Source: Dehalococcoidia bacterium | GTDB taxonomy: Bacteria > Chloroflexota > Dehalococcoidia > GIF9 > UBA5629 | Assembly (NCBI GenBank): GCA_016930155.1 | Contig: JAFGHL010000018.1 | Location: forward strand, 283-64,282 | Length of the DNA: 64,000 bases | Direction: 5' to 3' | Shown: one piece after another, positions 40,074 through 48,891 of the stretch | Layout: each line of letters opens with the position of its first letter | Numbering within the stretch: the stretch's first letter is position 1 | Program-made: the position numbers and the translations under genes | The notes under the pieces: model-generated | The model's database searches: none | What the model was told of the DNA's origin: nothing | The model's input: only the letters and a program-made list of their open reading frames with translations

Positions 40074-40982
40074 TCAGGGTACCCTGTATTTGATCCTCAA
40101 TACAGCTCTCTCCAGGCAAATCATGTCAGCTATATTATCCCAGTTAGTGGAGGTGAAAAAACCCAACCTGAACTGGCACCTCCCCTGAGCGCTTGAAAGG
40201 AGCTTCTGTATTACGTTGCCGCCACGGCTATCCAGAGTAACATCCACCAGGAACGATTCCGTGCTCTGCGCAGACATCAACTTCACGCTTCCCACTGCAG
40301 GCGCTGTAGACTCGTAGGCTAATCTGCCCAGGCTCCCCATAGATCCGTACTGATACTGATATATTTCGAGAGCGCCCATGTTGCCCCAGTTGGCGCTGCT
40401 ATAGGTGGGATTACCCACGACCGCGTATCCGGTTAGATCAAGAACCGCCTGACTGATCACCGCGGTGGGCGGCAGCGTTGTCAGATCGAAGCTCAGGAAC
40501 GCCCTGGCAGCCTGATTCGCAGGATTATCGCCGGCACAGACAGCGCTCGAACGTGTATAATTCGCACCGCTCTTTGTCAGCGATCCGCTCTCATCCAATA
40601 CTATACTCAGTACGGCGATATTCTCATCACCCGTCTGTGGTTGGAGTCCGCCCACAACAGTCACCATGACAGTCGCCATACTGATACCGGTTGAATTCTG
40701 TGCTGTAAGGTTATAGGTTGAAGTTGCATAAGGCGTGATGGACCTTTCGCCGCTCAAGGGCACTGCTCCGATCCCGTTATCTATGCTGACTGTCTCGGCG
40801 CCTGTCACAACCCAACTCAACACAGTGTTCTGTCCCTCGGGTACAATTGCAGGATTAACAGCAAAGGTTGCCACAACTGGTTTGCCCTCCTCTGATGCGG
40901 CCTGAGGGACAGCCACAGGTAAAGGCAGGCATCCTGATATTAAAACAATGGACAGCAACAGAGTAATCAGCTGTTTTTTCAT
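40074..40982 (-). CDS. Predicted lipoprotein: Ig-like domain plus conserved C-terminal domain of unknown function
   Basis: Signal peptide with lipobox LISGC. Ig-like module FAVNPAIVPEGQNTVLSWVVTGAETVSIDNGIG...YNLTAQN. C-terminal domain with RAFLSFDLTTLPPTAVISQAVLDL. Paralogous to 41072..42244. Confidence 0.7.
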   Translation of the reverse strand: MKKQLITLLLSIVLISGCLPLPVAVPQAASEEGKPVVATFAVNPAIVPEGQNTVLSWVVTGAETVSIDNGIGAVPLSGERSITPYATSTYNLTAQNSTGISMATVMVTVVGGLQPQTGDENIAVLSIVLDESGSLTKSGANYTRSSAVCAGDNPANQAARAFLSFDLTTLPPTAVISQAVLDLTGYAVVGNPTYSSANWGNMGALEIYQYQYGSMGSLGRLAYESTAPAVGSVKLMSAQSTESFLVDVTLDSRGGNVIQKLLSSAQGRCQFRLGFFTSTNWDNIADMICLERAVLRIKYRVP

Positions 40983-41071
40983 AATGGATCCTCCTGGAGC
41001 CCGCTTATCCCAGCCATAAAGGGCTAACTGAAAAGCCGGGTTTATGTTTAGCTGTCGCCCCTGATTCGGCT

Positions 41072-42244
41072 TTATTCAGGAATCACGTAGCGCACTATCA
41101 ATTTCGCATTGCCTGTGCTGATGTCAAGGTAGTTAGCACTGCTTTCACCGCTCTTAACGGTTGAATAAAATTGGGCGGTATAGTCAGCACGGCTGTAATA
41201 ATAGTATTTCTCGAACTGCAGGCGAATCTGGTAGCGGTTGCTGCCTGCATCGAGCTGCTTCTGCACTGTGGCAACGAAATCCGGTGAGGTGAACGGCGTG
41301 CTCGGCATCATGGTAGCCACATAATTGTAGTTCCAGCTGTAAAGGTATCCGGCGGGAACTATTATCATATAATCGCTTGGCCTCAAAGAGCTGCCATACT
41401 GCTGATTATAAATATTTAGCGAACCCTGCCACGGGAATGGGGAATTGATCACGACGGATTTTGAGATGTCCAGGTCCACATCCTTGATGATAGCATTTCG
41501 TGGGATTGAAGATATGTCGAAGCTCAGAAAGCCCTGCATCTGTATCTGCATATCGTTCTGGCCTACCATGACCCCATCGAGAACTACTTTGTCTTTTCTG
41601 ACCGTACCGTCCTCTGCCGCGACTGAATATAAGGTGGTGGTATATACGTGCAGCGGGGTCACAAGTATCCTGGTATTGGCCGTCATAGTCCCCTCATCAT
41701 TTCTGGCATAGATGGTATAAACGGTGTCCTTAATCGGCTGAACCGACCTGCTGCCGGACATCGATACACCACCGATATCCGGATCAATACGCACTGTGCC
41801 TGAGCCGCCTACGTCCCACGTCAGCGTGGACCATTCCCCTTCTTTAATTTCGGGTGGGGTGGCGGTAAATACCTTGATGGACATCTTCTCCGGGCCGCCG
41901 GGTATGAGCACGGTGACATTCGTGCCGACCTCATTGGACCAGTTACCATAATTGTCCTGTGCTTTGAACCAGATCGTATGCTGGCCGGCTGTTAGCGAAT
42001 CAGTCTCGAATGAGGCCAGCTGGCTGAGATTCCCGTTAATGCTGGAACGCCAGTTATAACCGATGACCTGGCCTTCCGACGAAATCGCATGTCCGCTGAA
42101 TTTTACCTTCTCGCCTGTATAAACCTGCGGCGAAGACACTGAATCGATATAAGCAAGAGGAGCCAATTTGGTGTTAACCGTCGATCTCGCGCATCCCGTA
42201 ACCAGCAGCGCCAGCATCAGGATGGCTATAGCAGCCTTTCTCAA
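41072..42244 (-). CDS. Predicted lipoprotein: PKD/Ig-like domain, second Ig-like domain and a shared C-terminal domain
   Basis: Lipobox LVTGC. PKD-like YNWRSSINGNLS...GQHTIWFKAQDNYGNWS. Ig-like FTATPPEIKEGEWSTLTWDVGGSGTVRIDPDIG...YTIYARN. C-terminal QGFLSFDISSIPRNAIIKDVDLDI. TTG start with GGAGGTG RBS. Confidence 0.7.
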   Translation of the reverse strand: MRKAAIAILMLALLVTGCARSTVNTKLAPLAYIDSVSSPQVYTGEKVKFSGHAISSEGQVIGYNWRSSINGNLSQLASFETDSLTAGQHTIWFKAQDNYGNWSNEVGTNVTVLIPGGPEKMSIKVFTATPPEIKEGEWSTLTWDVGGSGTVRIDPDIGGVSMSGSRSVQPIKDTVYTIYARNDEGTMTANTRILVTPLHVYTTTLYSVAAEDGTVRKDKVVLDGVMVGQNDMQIQMQGFLSFDISSIPRNAIIKDVDLDISKSVVINSPFPWQGSLNIYNQQYGSSLRPSDYMIIVPAGYLYSWNYNYVATMMPSTPFTSPDFVATVQKQLDAGSNRYQIRLQFEKYYYYSRADYTAQFYSTVKSGESSANYLDISTGNAKLIVRYVIPE

Positions 42245-42272
42245 ATCGACACCTCCGTGTGGTATTTCTCAC

Positions 42273-42301
42273 AATCTAACATTGTATTACTGCCTTGTCA
42301 A
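42273..42301 (-). promoter_or_regulatory. Putative strong promoter for the lipoprotein pair (-35 TTGACA, 17 nt, -10 TAGATT)
   Basis: Minus strand: TTGACA (42301-42296), a 17-nt spacer, TAGATT (42278-42273), then GGAGGTG and the TTG start at 42244. Lies just downstream of the sirtuin stop. Confidence 0.55.
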
Positions 42302-42306
42302 TATAT

Positions 42307-43089
42307 TCATTGACTGATTTTATTCCTGACATGATGCATTACCCTGGTCATGACATCGCCGGCCTTGCCTTCGATGCGTACAGCCGCCTTTGAATCCATG
42401 GGCGTGGGCCCTATGTTGATGATAACGACCTTAGCACCCGCCTTATAGGCATATTCCGGTATATAAGCCGCAGGGTATACGATCAGTGTAGACCCTATTG
42501 CTATGCAAAGGTCGCATAGATTCGCCCTGCGGGAAGCTTCGCTGAGGACTGCCTGGGGTAACATCTCTCCGAAATACACAGCGTCAGGCTTGAGTATCCC
42601 CTTGCAGGCATCGCACTCCGGCAGCTCCTCAGTGGCAAGCCGCGAGACTATCTCATCCATGGGAAAGCGCTTGCGGCAACCCAGGCAACGTACGTACTGC
42701 ATATTGCCGTGCAACTCAAATACCTTTTCATCCTGTACGCCGGCCAGCTGATGGAGATTATCGATATTTTGCGTCACTATACAATCCAGCTTGCCCAGCT
42801 TATCCATCTCTGCTACAGCATAATGAGCAGCGTTCGGCTTAACATTCCTGAGCAGTCCACCTTCGGCCAAGAGCTTCCATTGCAATTTTCTGACCTCCGG
42901 ACTTGCAACAAACCTCTCTATGGTGAAATCTTCGGGATCCAGCTTTGTCCATATACCATCCTCACCCCGGAAGTCTGGTATGCCGGACTCCGTGCTGATT
43001 CCGGCCCCGCTGAAAACCAGGCATCTTTGCGAATTCACAACAAGCTCGGCTATTTTTTCGGTCAACTTCTCGATATCGTCGCCTCCCAT
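42307..43089 (-). CDS. cobB: NAD-dependent protein deacylase (sirtuin, CobB-type)
   Basis: GAGISTESGIPDFRG, TQNIDNLH, Zn-ribbon cysteines CLGC...CDAC; 260 aa. Canonical housekeeping sirtuin architecture. Confidence 0.9.
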   Translation of the reverse strand: MGGDDIEKLTEKIAELVVNSQRCLVFSGAGISTESGIPDFRGEDGIWTKLDPEDFTIERFVASPEVRKLQWKLLAEGGLLRNVKPNAAHYAVAEMDKLGKLDCIVTQNIDNLHQLAGVQDEKVFELHGNMQYVRCLGCRKRFPMDEIVSRLATEELPECDACKGILKPDAVYFGEMLPQAVLSEASRRANLCDLCIAIGSTLIVYPAAYIPEYAYKAGAKVVIINIGPTPMDSKAAVRIEGKAGDVMTRVMHHVRNKISQ

Positions 43090-43183
43090 GATTCAAACTC
43101 CTTTGATATCACACTTTCCAGCTTGAGCCCGTTCACTTATTATACATGGTTCAACCTCTTTGATATATTAATATGGCTTTACC

Positions 43184-43966
43184 ATGCCGAATATCCTCGA
43201 TTATTTGAACAACAACCTAACCACCGGCTTTATCGGTAGGAAGCTGCATTACCTGGCAGTCACCTCTTCGACACAGGATGTAGCCAAAGAGCTGGCCGAC
43301 CATGGAGCACCGGAGGGCGCCGCCGTCATCGCAGGGATGCAGCAGTCGGGCCGCGGCCGGCTCGGCAGGTCATGGTTGTCTCCCGAGGGCGGTCTGGCCA
43401 CATCGATAATTCTGCGCCCTGCCACACCGGTGCTACCTCTCCTGCCGGCTATATCCGCCCTGGCTGTTTTCCGCACGATTAAGACGCTGGGAATCAAGGC
43501 CGAGATCAAATGGCCCAACGATATCCTCATCGTTGGCCGCAAGGTCTGCGGCATATTAATCGAACACGGGCTCACGGACGGTGCAGTTCGATACAGTATT
43601 ATGGGCATCGGTATCAATATTAATTTCGACACATCTCGGTATCCTGACATAGCCGGCTTTGCAACCAGCCTCTCAGTCGAGCTGGGACATGAGATATCGG
43701 TCGGCCAGGTAGCGTTGCGCCTCTACACCGAATTAGAAGGCCTCTACCTGCGAAGCAAGGAGCCGGATGCGATACTTACGGAATGGGCAGCCAACATGAT
43801 CACGATCGGAAGTCGTGTGAAGGTCAGGTCGGCTAACCGCGACATCGAGGGCATGGCAGAGGCTATCAACAAATCGGGACATCTATTGCTGCGGCAGGAC
43901 GACGGAAGCGTGCTGGAGATTTTGGCGGGAGACGTATCCCTAATAACCGACAGCAGAAAAAAGTAG
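43184..43966 (+). CDS. birA: Biotin--[acetyl-CoA-carboxylase] ligase (class I, no N-terminal HTH)
   Basis: GRGRLGRSW motif and KWPNDIL motif; 260 aa. Confidence 0.9.
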   Translation: MPNILDYLNNNLTTGFIGRKLHYLAVTSSTQDVAKELADHGAPEGAAVIAGMQQSGRGRLGRSWLSPEGGLATSIILRPATPVLPLLPAISALAVFRTIKTLGIKAEIKWPNDILIVGRKVCGILIEHGLTDGAVRYSIMGIGININFDTSRYPDIAGFATSLSVELGHEISVGQVALRLYTELEGLYLRSKEPDAILTEWAANMITIGSRVKVRSANRDIEGMAEAINKSGHLLLRQDDGSVLEILAGDVSLITDSRKK

Positions 43967-43990
43967 GGGCGGCTGCGCAGCCGCCCCTAC
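43963..43990. terminator. Perfect 28-bp palindrome between convergent genes; likely bidirectional terminator
   Basis: GTAGGGGCGGCTGCGCAGCCGCCCCTAC overlaps the birA TAG stop, with an A-run before and T-rich sequence after. Shares the CGCCCCTAC motif with the elements at 6361 and 10099. Confidence 0.6.
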
Positions 43991-44009
43991 TTCACATTAC
44001 CTTTTCTTG

Positions 44010-44783
44010 TCAGTCGCCAAGCTTCTTCTTATCAGCTTCAATCTTTTGCAGCATGGGTTGAATGAATTCAATGGGCAGGGGGAATACCACGGTATTTGAT
44101 CTGTCCGATGATATTGCCACCAGAGTCTGCAGGTAGCGTAACTGCAGTGCCATCGGCTCCTTTGAAATTACGCGGGCAGCCTCAGCCAACTTCTCCGCCG
44201 CCTGCGCCTCGCCCTCGGCAGCGATGATCTTGGCCCTTCTGCCTCTCTCCGCCTCTGCCTGAGCAGCCATGATTTTCTGCATATTGTCGGGCAATTGAAC
44301 ATCTCGTACTTCGACCATGCTGACCTTGATTCCCCACGGCTCAGTGCTCTCATCTATAATAGTCTGCAGCTTATTGTTGATCTTTTCCCGGTGCGCCAGC
44401 AAATCTTCAAGTTCCGATTGTCCCACCACGTTCCGCAGCGTCGTCTGACACAGCAATGAAGTAGCTCTGATGTACTGCTCAACGTTCAGGATCGCCGATT
44501 CCGGCTTCATAACACGGAAATATACCACGGCATCTACTTTGACCGTCACTGTGTCCATGGTGATACATTCCTGTTGCGTAACATCCATGGTTACCACGCG
44601 CAGCTCGACTTTCACCATGCGCTCGATAAAGGGTATGAGCAAAATAAGGCCCGGGCCCCTCACTCCTACATATCTGCCCAGGCGGAAGACCACACCCCTT
44701 TCATACTCATTTACTATCCTGATAGATGCGAACAGCACTATCAAAACAAAAATTGCCAGTACTATTATTCCCGCTATCTGCAT
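44010..44783 (-). CDS. SPFH/Band 7 (stomatin-like) membrane protein
   Basis: N-terminal TM then IVNEYERGVVFRLGRY, a typical SPFH start; Ala/Glu-rich coiled coil (AAQAEAERGRRAKIIAAEGEAQAAEKLAEAA). Confidence 0.9.
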   Translation of the reverse strand: MQIAGIIVLAIFVLIVLFASIRIVNEYERGVVFRLGRYVGVRGPGLILLIPFIERMVKVELRVVTMDVTQQECITMDTVTVKVDAVVYFRVMKPESAILNVEQYIRATSLLCQTTLRNVVGQSELEDLLAHREKINNKLQTIIDESTEPWGIKVSMVEVRDVQLPDNMQKIMAAQAEAERGRRAKIIAAEGEAQAAEKLAEAARVISKEPMALQLRYLQTLVAISSDRSNTVVFPLPIEFIQPMLQKIEADKKKLGD

Positions 44784-44793
44784 GTCTGCCTCC

Positions 44794-46104
44794 TTATTTT
44801 TTTCTTGTCACGTATAATTTAAGGTTGTCAACCTTTTGTATAATTACCTCTTCCCCCGGGTGCGCCAGGCCTTCATCCAGCTCAGCCTTCCACAATTCCC
44901 CTTCCACCTGCACCATGCCCACGGGTTCAAGAGCGGTTTTAACCTCGGCTACCTGGCCGATCATACCCTCTTGGCCGGTAGTCACCTTCCTTTTCTGACC
45001 CCGGACAACGGCCCACACCAGGAAAGCCATAAAGAGCGCCAAAAAAATGGCAACGTATATTATAAGATTTGTATCGAATTGCATGGATGCCTCACTTTCA
45101 CTGAAAAGAATGAGTGAACCTATTATCAGCGATACTATTCCACCCGTGGTCAGTATACCATAGGCAGGTACAAAAATCTCAGTTACGAAGAGCCCGAAAG
45201 CCATCAATAACAGCAACAGGCCGGCCCAGCCCGCATTTAAAACACCCAGTGAGTAGAATGCCAGGAAAAGACATATGCCGCCGATTACACCGGGGAAGAT
45301 CAGCCCGGGGTTGGAGATCTCGGTGATCAGCCCGATGGACGCCAGAGTAAGCAATATATATGCAACGTTGGGATGGGTAATAACCTGCAGTATTTTCTCC
45401 ACCAGCGTCATGTCGCTTCTGCTTACTTCGGCCCCCTCCGTATCAATAGTAACTTCGCTGCCGTCCGCCAGCGTTACTTTTCTCCCGTTGATCTGCTTTA
45501 TGACACTGTCCAGGTCATCGGCCTGGAAGTCTACCAGCTTTTTCTCTACTGCTTCTGAAGCGGTGAATGATCTGCTCTCTCGTACGGCGGCCTCAACCAG
45601 CGAGGGATCCCGGCCGCGTTTCTCAGCTATGCTCTGTATCCAGGCTGCCGAATATTCCGTCGCCTTCTTCTGAACATCTTCAGGCATCTCCTCCCCCACG
45701 CTCACAGGATGTGCGGCACCCATGCTGGTGGCAGGAGCCATGGCGGAAAGGTGTGCAGACACTGTGATGAACGTGCCCGCCGAAGCCGCCCAGGCGCCGT
45801 GAGGTGACACATATACAACGACCGGTACCCCGGCGTTCATGATACTTTTGACAATCTTCTCGGTGGAATCCAGCAGGCCGCCGGGTGTATCCAGGGTAAT
45901 GATAACGACCGTATCACCTTCATCTTCAGCCTCACCTATTCCGCGGCTGATATAGTCGGCAACCACGGGCACTATATTGCCCTTGACCTCCAGTACACGG
46001 ATTTTACCTGATTCAGGGACAGCGTTACAGCCGGCTATGGAAAACGCCAGCCCCACGAGAAAGAGGGAAACGTAACATATGCGGATTATCTTTCTGGCAA
46101 TCAT
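44794..46104 (-). CDS. NfeD-family membrane-bound serine protease (long form)
   Basis: ClpP-like N-terminal domain (ITLDTPGGLLDST, SAGTFI), 4-5 TM helices, and a C-terminal OB-fold (GMVQVEGELWKAELDE). Upstream partner of the SPFH gene. Start uncertain; ATG 46104 gives a signal-peptide-like N-terminus ending IAGC. Confidence 0.85.
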   Translation of the reverse strand: MIARKIIRICYVSLFLVGLAFSIAGCNAVPESGKIRVLEVKGNIVPVVADYISRGIGEAEDEGDTVVIITLDTPGGLLDSTEKIVKSIMNAGVPVVVYVSPHGAWAASAGTFITVSAHLSAMAPATSMGAAHPVSVGEEMPEDVQKKATEYSAAWIQSIAEKRGRDPSLVEAAVRESRSFTASEAVEKKLVDFQADDLDSVIKQINGRKVTLADGSEVTIDTEGAEVSRSDMTLVEKILQVITHPNVAYILLTLASIGLITEISNPGLIFPGVIGGICLFLAFYSLGVLNAGWAGLLLLLMAFGLFVTEIFVPAYGILTTGGIVSLIIGSLILFSESEASMQFDTNLIIYVAIFLALFMAFLVWAVVRGQKRKVTTGQEGMIGQVAEVKTALEPVGMVQVEGELWKAELDEGLAHPGEEVIIQKVDNLKLYVTRKK

Positions 46105-46158
46105 GCGTATATTGTATATCAGAAACGTCGGAAACATGAATCGATACAAACATGTCAA

Positions 46159-46187
46159 TTGTAGCTGTGATACTATTATTGTAGAAT
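46159..46187 (+). promoter_or_regulatory. Putative his operon promoter (-35 TTGTAG, 17 nt, -10 TAGAAT)
   Basis: TTGTAG at 46159-46164 and TAGAAT at 46182-46187, 30 nt upstream of the hisZ ATG. Confidence 0.4.
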
Positions 46188-46217
46188 TATCCCGTTTTAT
46201 TGAAAGGATAAATAGTT

Positions 46218-47468
46218 ATGGAAAGTCAGCGATGTAAGGGGGCCCGCGACCTGCTGCCGGATGATATGGAACGTTTCCGGCAAGTTGAAGATGCCTTCCG
46301 CAATTCGTGTTTGAACTGGGGCTATCGCGAGATCAGGACACCCACGCTGGAATATATACACCTCTTTACCGCGGCGGGAACACTAACGCCTTCTATGCTG
46401 GGACGCGTTTACTCATTCCTCGACTGGGATGGCTGGGGAGGTGAGCGCGTCGTCCTGCGTCCCGACGGTACTATACCCGCCGCCCGTCTCTACAGCGAAA
46501 ACCTGGCGGACCAGAAGGTAGCACGCCTCTACTATATCACCAACGTCTTCGCATTTGAGGAGACGGGACGTGAGAACCGCGAGAAATGGCAGTGTGGTGT
46601 TGAGCTTCTGGGCGATTGCGACCGGGCCTCGGACGCCGAGGTGATCGCCCTGGCGCTGGAAATTGCCGGCGCGATGGGATTGGCAAAACCTGAAATCAAG
46701 CTGTCGCACGCCGGCATTTTAAAAGCTCTCATCGGAGATCTCCGGCTGGACGGCGATAGCAAGGCAGCCCTGCTCGATGATATCCTCGAAGGCAACTGGC
46801 AGGCCTTTGCCGGCGTTAAAAGCAAGAATAAGGAAGTGGTTAACGCGATAACATCTCTTATTAAGTTGAAGGGTAAATCAAGCGGCTTTTTGGCCAACCT
46901 CAAGGCTATGCCCGCCATCTCTAAAAGCGTCAGGAACGAGATCGACGGCTTTGCCGCGGTGACCGCACTGCTGGATAAGATGCAGATCGGCTACTCAATA
47001 GACTTTACATCCATCAGAGGCTTCGAATACTACACAGGCCTGTGTTTCAAGATAACCTCGGGCGGCGACAGGATATGCAGCGGAGGCAGGTATGATAATT
47101 TGATAGGCCTGGTAGGCGGTCGGGATATTCCCGCCTGCGGCTTCGCCTTCTACCTGGATACTGTTACCGACAAGGTAAAACCATGGTCGAAACAAAAGGC
47201 CGAGAAGACTGTATCCGTGAAAGCTTCAGGAGAATCAGCGGAGACAGTCAATGCAGCGTTTGAGGCGGCGGCGGCCATGCGCAACGTCGGACTTATCGCC
47301 GAACTTAATTTCTGCGGCAATCAATTGCAGGCTCGCTGGTCGGTTTCAGTCGGGACACGTCCTGCCTCTTTGACTTTAGTCGATAACTTCACAAAGACAC
47401 GGAGAAAAGCATCCACAGTGGGTGAGGTCATAAATATCATCGGAGGATTCAACAAGCTTGCCACGTAG
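46218..47468 (+). CDS. hisZ: ATP phosphoribosyltransferase regulatory subunit (HisRS paralog)
   Basis: Class II aaRS-like core (GARDLLPDD...GYREIRTPTLEY) without the HisRS motif-2 RYErPQ-type sequence. 11-nt overlap with hisG. Confidence 0.85.
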   Translation: MESQRCKGARDLLPDDMERFRQVEDAFRNSCLNWGYREIRTPTLEYIHLFTAAGTLTPSMLGRVYSFLDWDGWGGERVVLRPDGTIPAARLYSENLADQKVARLYYITNVFAFEETGRENREKWQCGVELLGDCDRASDAEVIALALEIAGAMGLAKPEIKLSHAGILKALIGDLRLDGDSKAALLDDILEGNWQAFAGVKSKNKEVVNAITSLIKLKGKSSGFLANLKAMPAISKSVRNEIDGFAAVTALLDKMQIGYSIDFTSIRGFEYYTGLCFKITSGGDRICSGGRYDNLIGLVGGRDIPACGFAFYLDTVTDKVKPWSKQKAEKTVSVKASGESAETVNAAFEAAAAMRNVGLIAELNFCGNQLQARWSVSVGTRPASLTLVDNFTKTRRKASTVGEVINIIGGFNKLAT

Positions 47469-48891
47469 AACAATAGCGGACACGCGCCTGGCCCTGCCCA
47501 AGGGTAAAATGCTGGCCAGAACCTCGCTTTTCCTTAGCTCTTCAGGACTTGGCTTCGATAATTATAACTCGGGAACCCGCATCTATCGCATGCGGTCGCA
47601 GGCCATGCCGGGTTTGACAGCCAAGATGCTTAACGAGCGGGATATACCCGTACAGGTGGCTGTAGGCAACTACGATTTCGGCATCTGCAGTTCCGACTGG
47701 CTGCAGGAGCTGCTGACCCGTTATCCGGCCAGCCGCGTGCTGAAAATCGCCGACCTCGGATACGACATCTCAGATATCTACATGGCCTGCGCAACTTCAT
47801 CGGACATATCCCAGCAGGCGATGGCCGGCGGCACCGCAGCCTGGCGTATAGTGACTGAATATCCTGCCATGGCTGAGGCAGCCGCATATAAAATGCGACT
47901 GAAAAGATATCGCATCTTCCCCTGCTGGGGATCCACCGAAGCGTACCCGCCGGAGAACGCAGATTTCTCTGTGCTTCGCGTCAGAAATGAGGACGCGCTG
48001 CGAAGCCTGAATTTGAAGCCGGTGCGCAGGATATGCGGCAGCAACGCCTGCATTATTGCCAACTGCAATAGTCTTCAGAACAGCGACTGCAGCGGCCTGC
48101 TTGAACGGTTTGCCGCATCCGCCTCAACCAAAAATAAACCTTGGCAGGCGCCGGAAAAAACAGTTTTTGCTGTAAACAACAACCTCGCCGGCAGCGCCCG
48201 CGCCGGTGATGTATGGCTGGCGCTGGCCGACGGCCATCAACAGGTGCACACCGAGACTTTCATGCAGAAAACGGGTATCAGGCTTGAAGGATACTCAAAG
48301 AGCGACTTGAGACGACGTCCCTCCTGCGATATCGATTGGCTCAGCATTAAAGTAATCCGGCCCCAGGATATGCCGCAACAGGTTGCCAGCGGTAACTTCG
48401 ACCTCGCCATCACGGGACGGGACTGGCTGCTGGATCACCTTTACCAGTTCCCATCCAGCCCGGTGGCCGAGCTGGCCAACCTCGGCTTCGGCTGGGTGCG
48501 CATAGTGGCTGTAGTCAGCCAGGATATACCGGCTGATAGCATCGGTTCGCTTCGCGACCTCGCGGCTGCGGGCAAAATGGTGCCCCTGCGTGTCGCCACG
48601 GAATATATCAACATAGCTGATAGATATTTACGCGACAAGCACATCGCCCGTTATCGTGTTATACCTACCTGGGGCGCAACCGAGGTCTATCTGCCTGAGG
48701 ATGCCGATATGCTGATCGAAAACACTGAGACCGGTCAAACACTGTCCCGACATAAGTTGAAAATCATAGACACGCTGTTCGAGTCTACGGCCTGCCTGAT
48801 AGGCAACAAGCGCAGCCTGGAACAGCGTGGGAAAAAAGATAAAATTAATAGTCTTATCAGGCTTTTCCGGGAGGCGGTGAGTAAAAAATGA
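47458..48891 (+). CDS. hisG: ATP phosphoribosyltransferase, atypical 477-aa form made of two tandem HisG-short-like modules
   Basis: Module 1 (aa 10-207) has LALPKGKM and RDIPVQVAVGNYDFGICSSDWL. Module 2 (aa 252-455) has RPQDMPQQVASGNFDLAITGRDWL and a PRPP-loop-like DMLIENTETGQTL. The modules align with each other by eye over their whole length. TTG start. Confidence 0.8.
   Translation: MPRRTIADTRLALPKGKMLARTSLFLSSSGLGFDNYNSGTRIYRMRSQAMPGLTAKMLNERDIPVQVAVGNYDFGICSSDWLQELLTRYPASRVLKIADLGYDISDIYMACATSSDISQQAMAGGTAAWRIVTEYPAMAEAAAYKMRLKRYRIFPCWGSTEAYPPENADFSVLRVRNEDALRSLNLKPVRRICGSNACIIANCNSLQNSDCSGLLERFAASASTKNKPWQAPEKTVFAVNNNLAGSARAGDVWLALADGHQQVHTETFMQKTGIRLEGYSKSDLRRRPSCDIDWLSIKVIRPQDMPQQVASGNFDLAITGRDWLLDHLYQFPSSPVAELANLGFGWVRIVAVVSQDIPADSIGSLRDLAAAGKMVPLRVATEYINIADRYLRDKHIARYRVIPTWGATEVYLPEDADMLIENTETGQTLSRHKLKIIDTLFESTACLIGNKRSLEQRGKKDKINSLIRLFREAVSKK

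Noticed and set aside
42307-43089. The Sir2-domain protein as a possible anti-phage defence component (Thoeris/DSR/SIR2-HerA-like), with the neighbouring lipoproteins or the NfeD/SPFH pair as partners.
   Set aside because: It is a compact 260-aa sirtuin with the complete catalytic motifs and the four-Cys zinc ribbon of CobB-type deacylases. It has no fused sensor or effector domains and no adjacent HerA, TIR, pAgo or similar genes. A housekeeping role is the simpler reading.
44010-46104. The NfeD protease plus SPFH/stomatin pair as a novel system.
   Set aside because: This is the well-known stomatin operon partner arrangement, widespread in bacteria and archaea. Nothing atypical is seen apart from an uncertain start codon.
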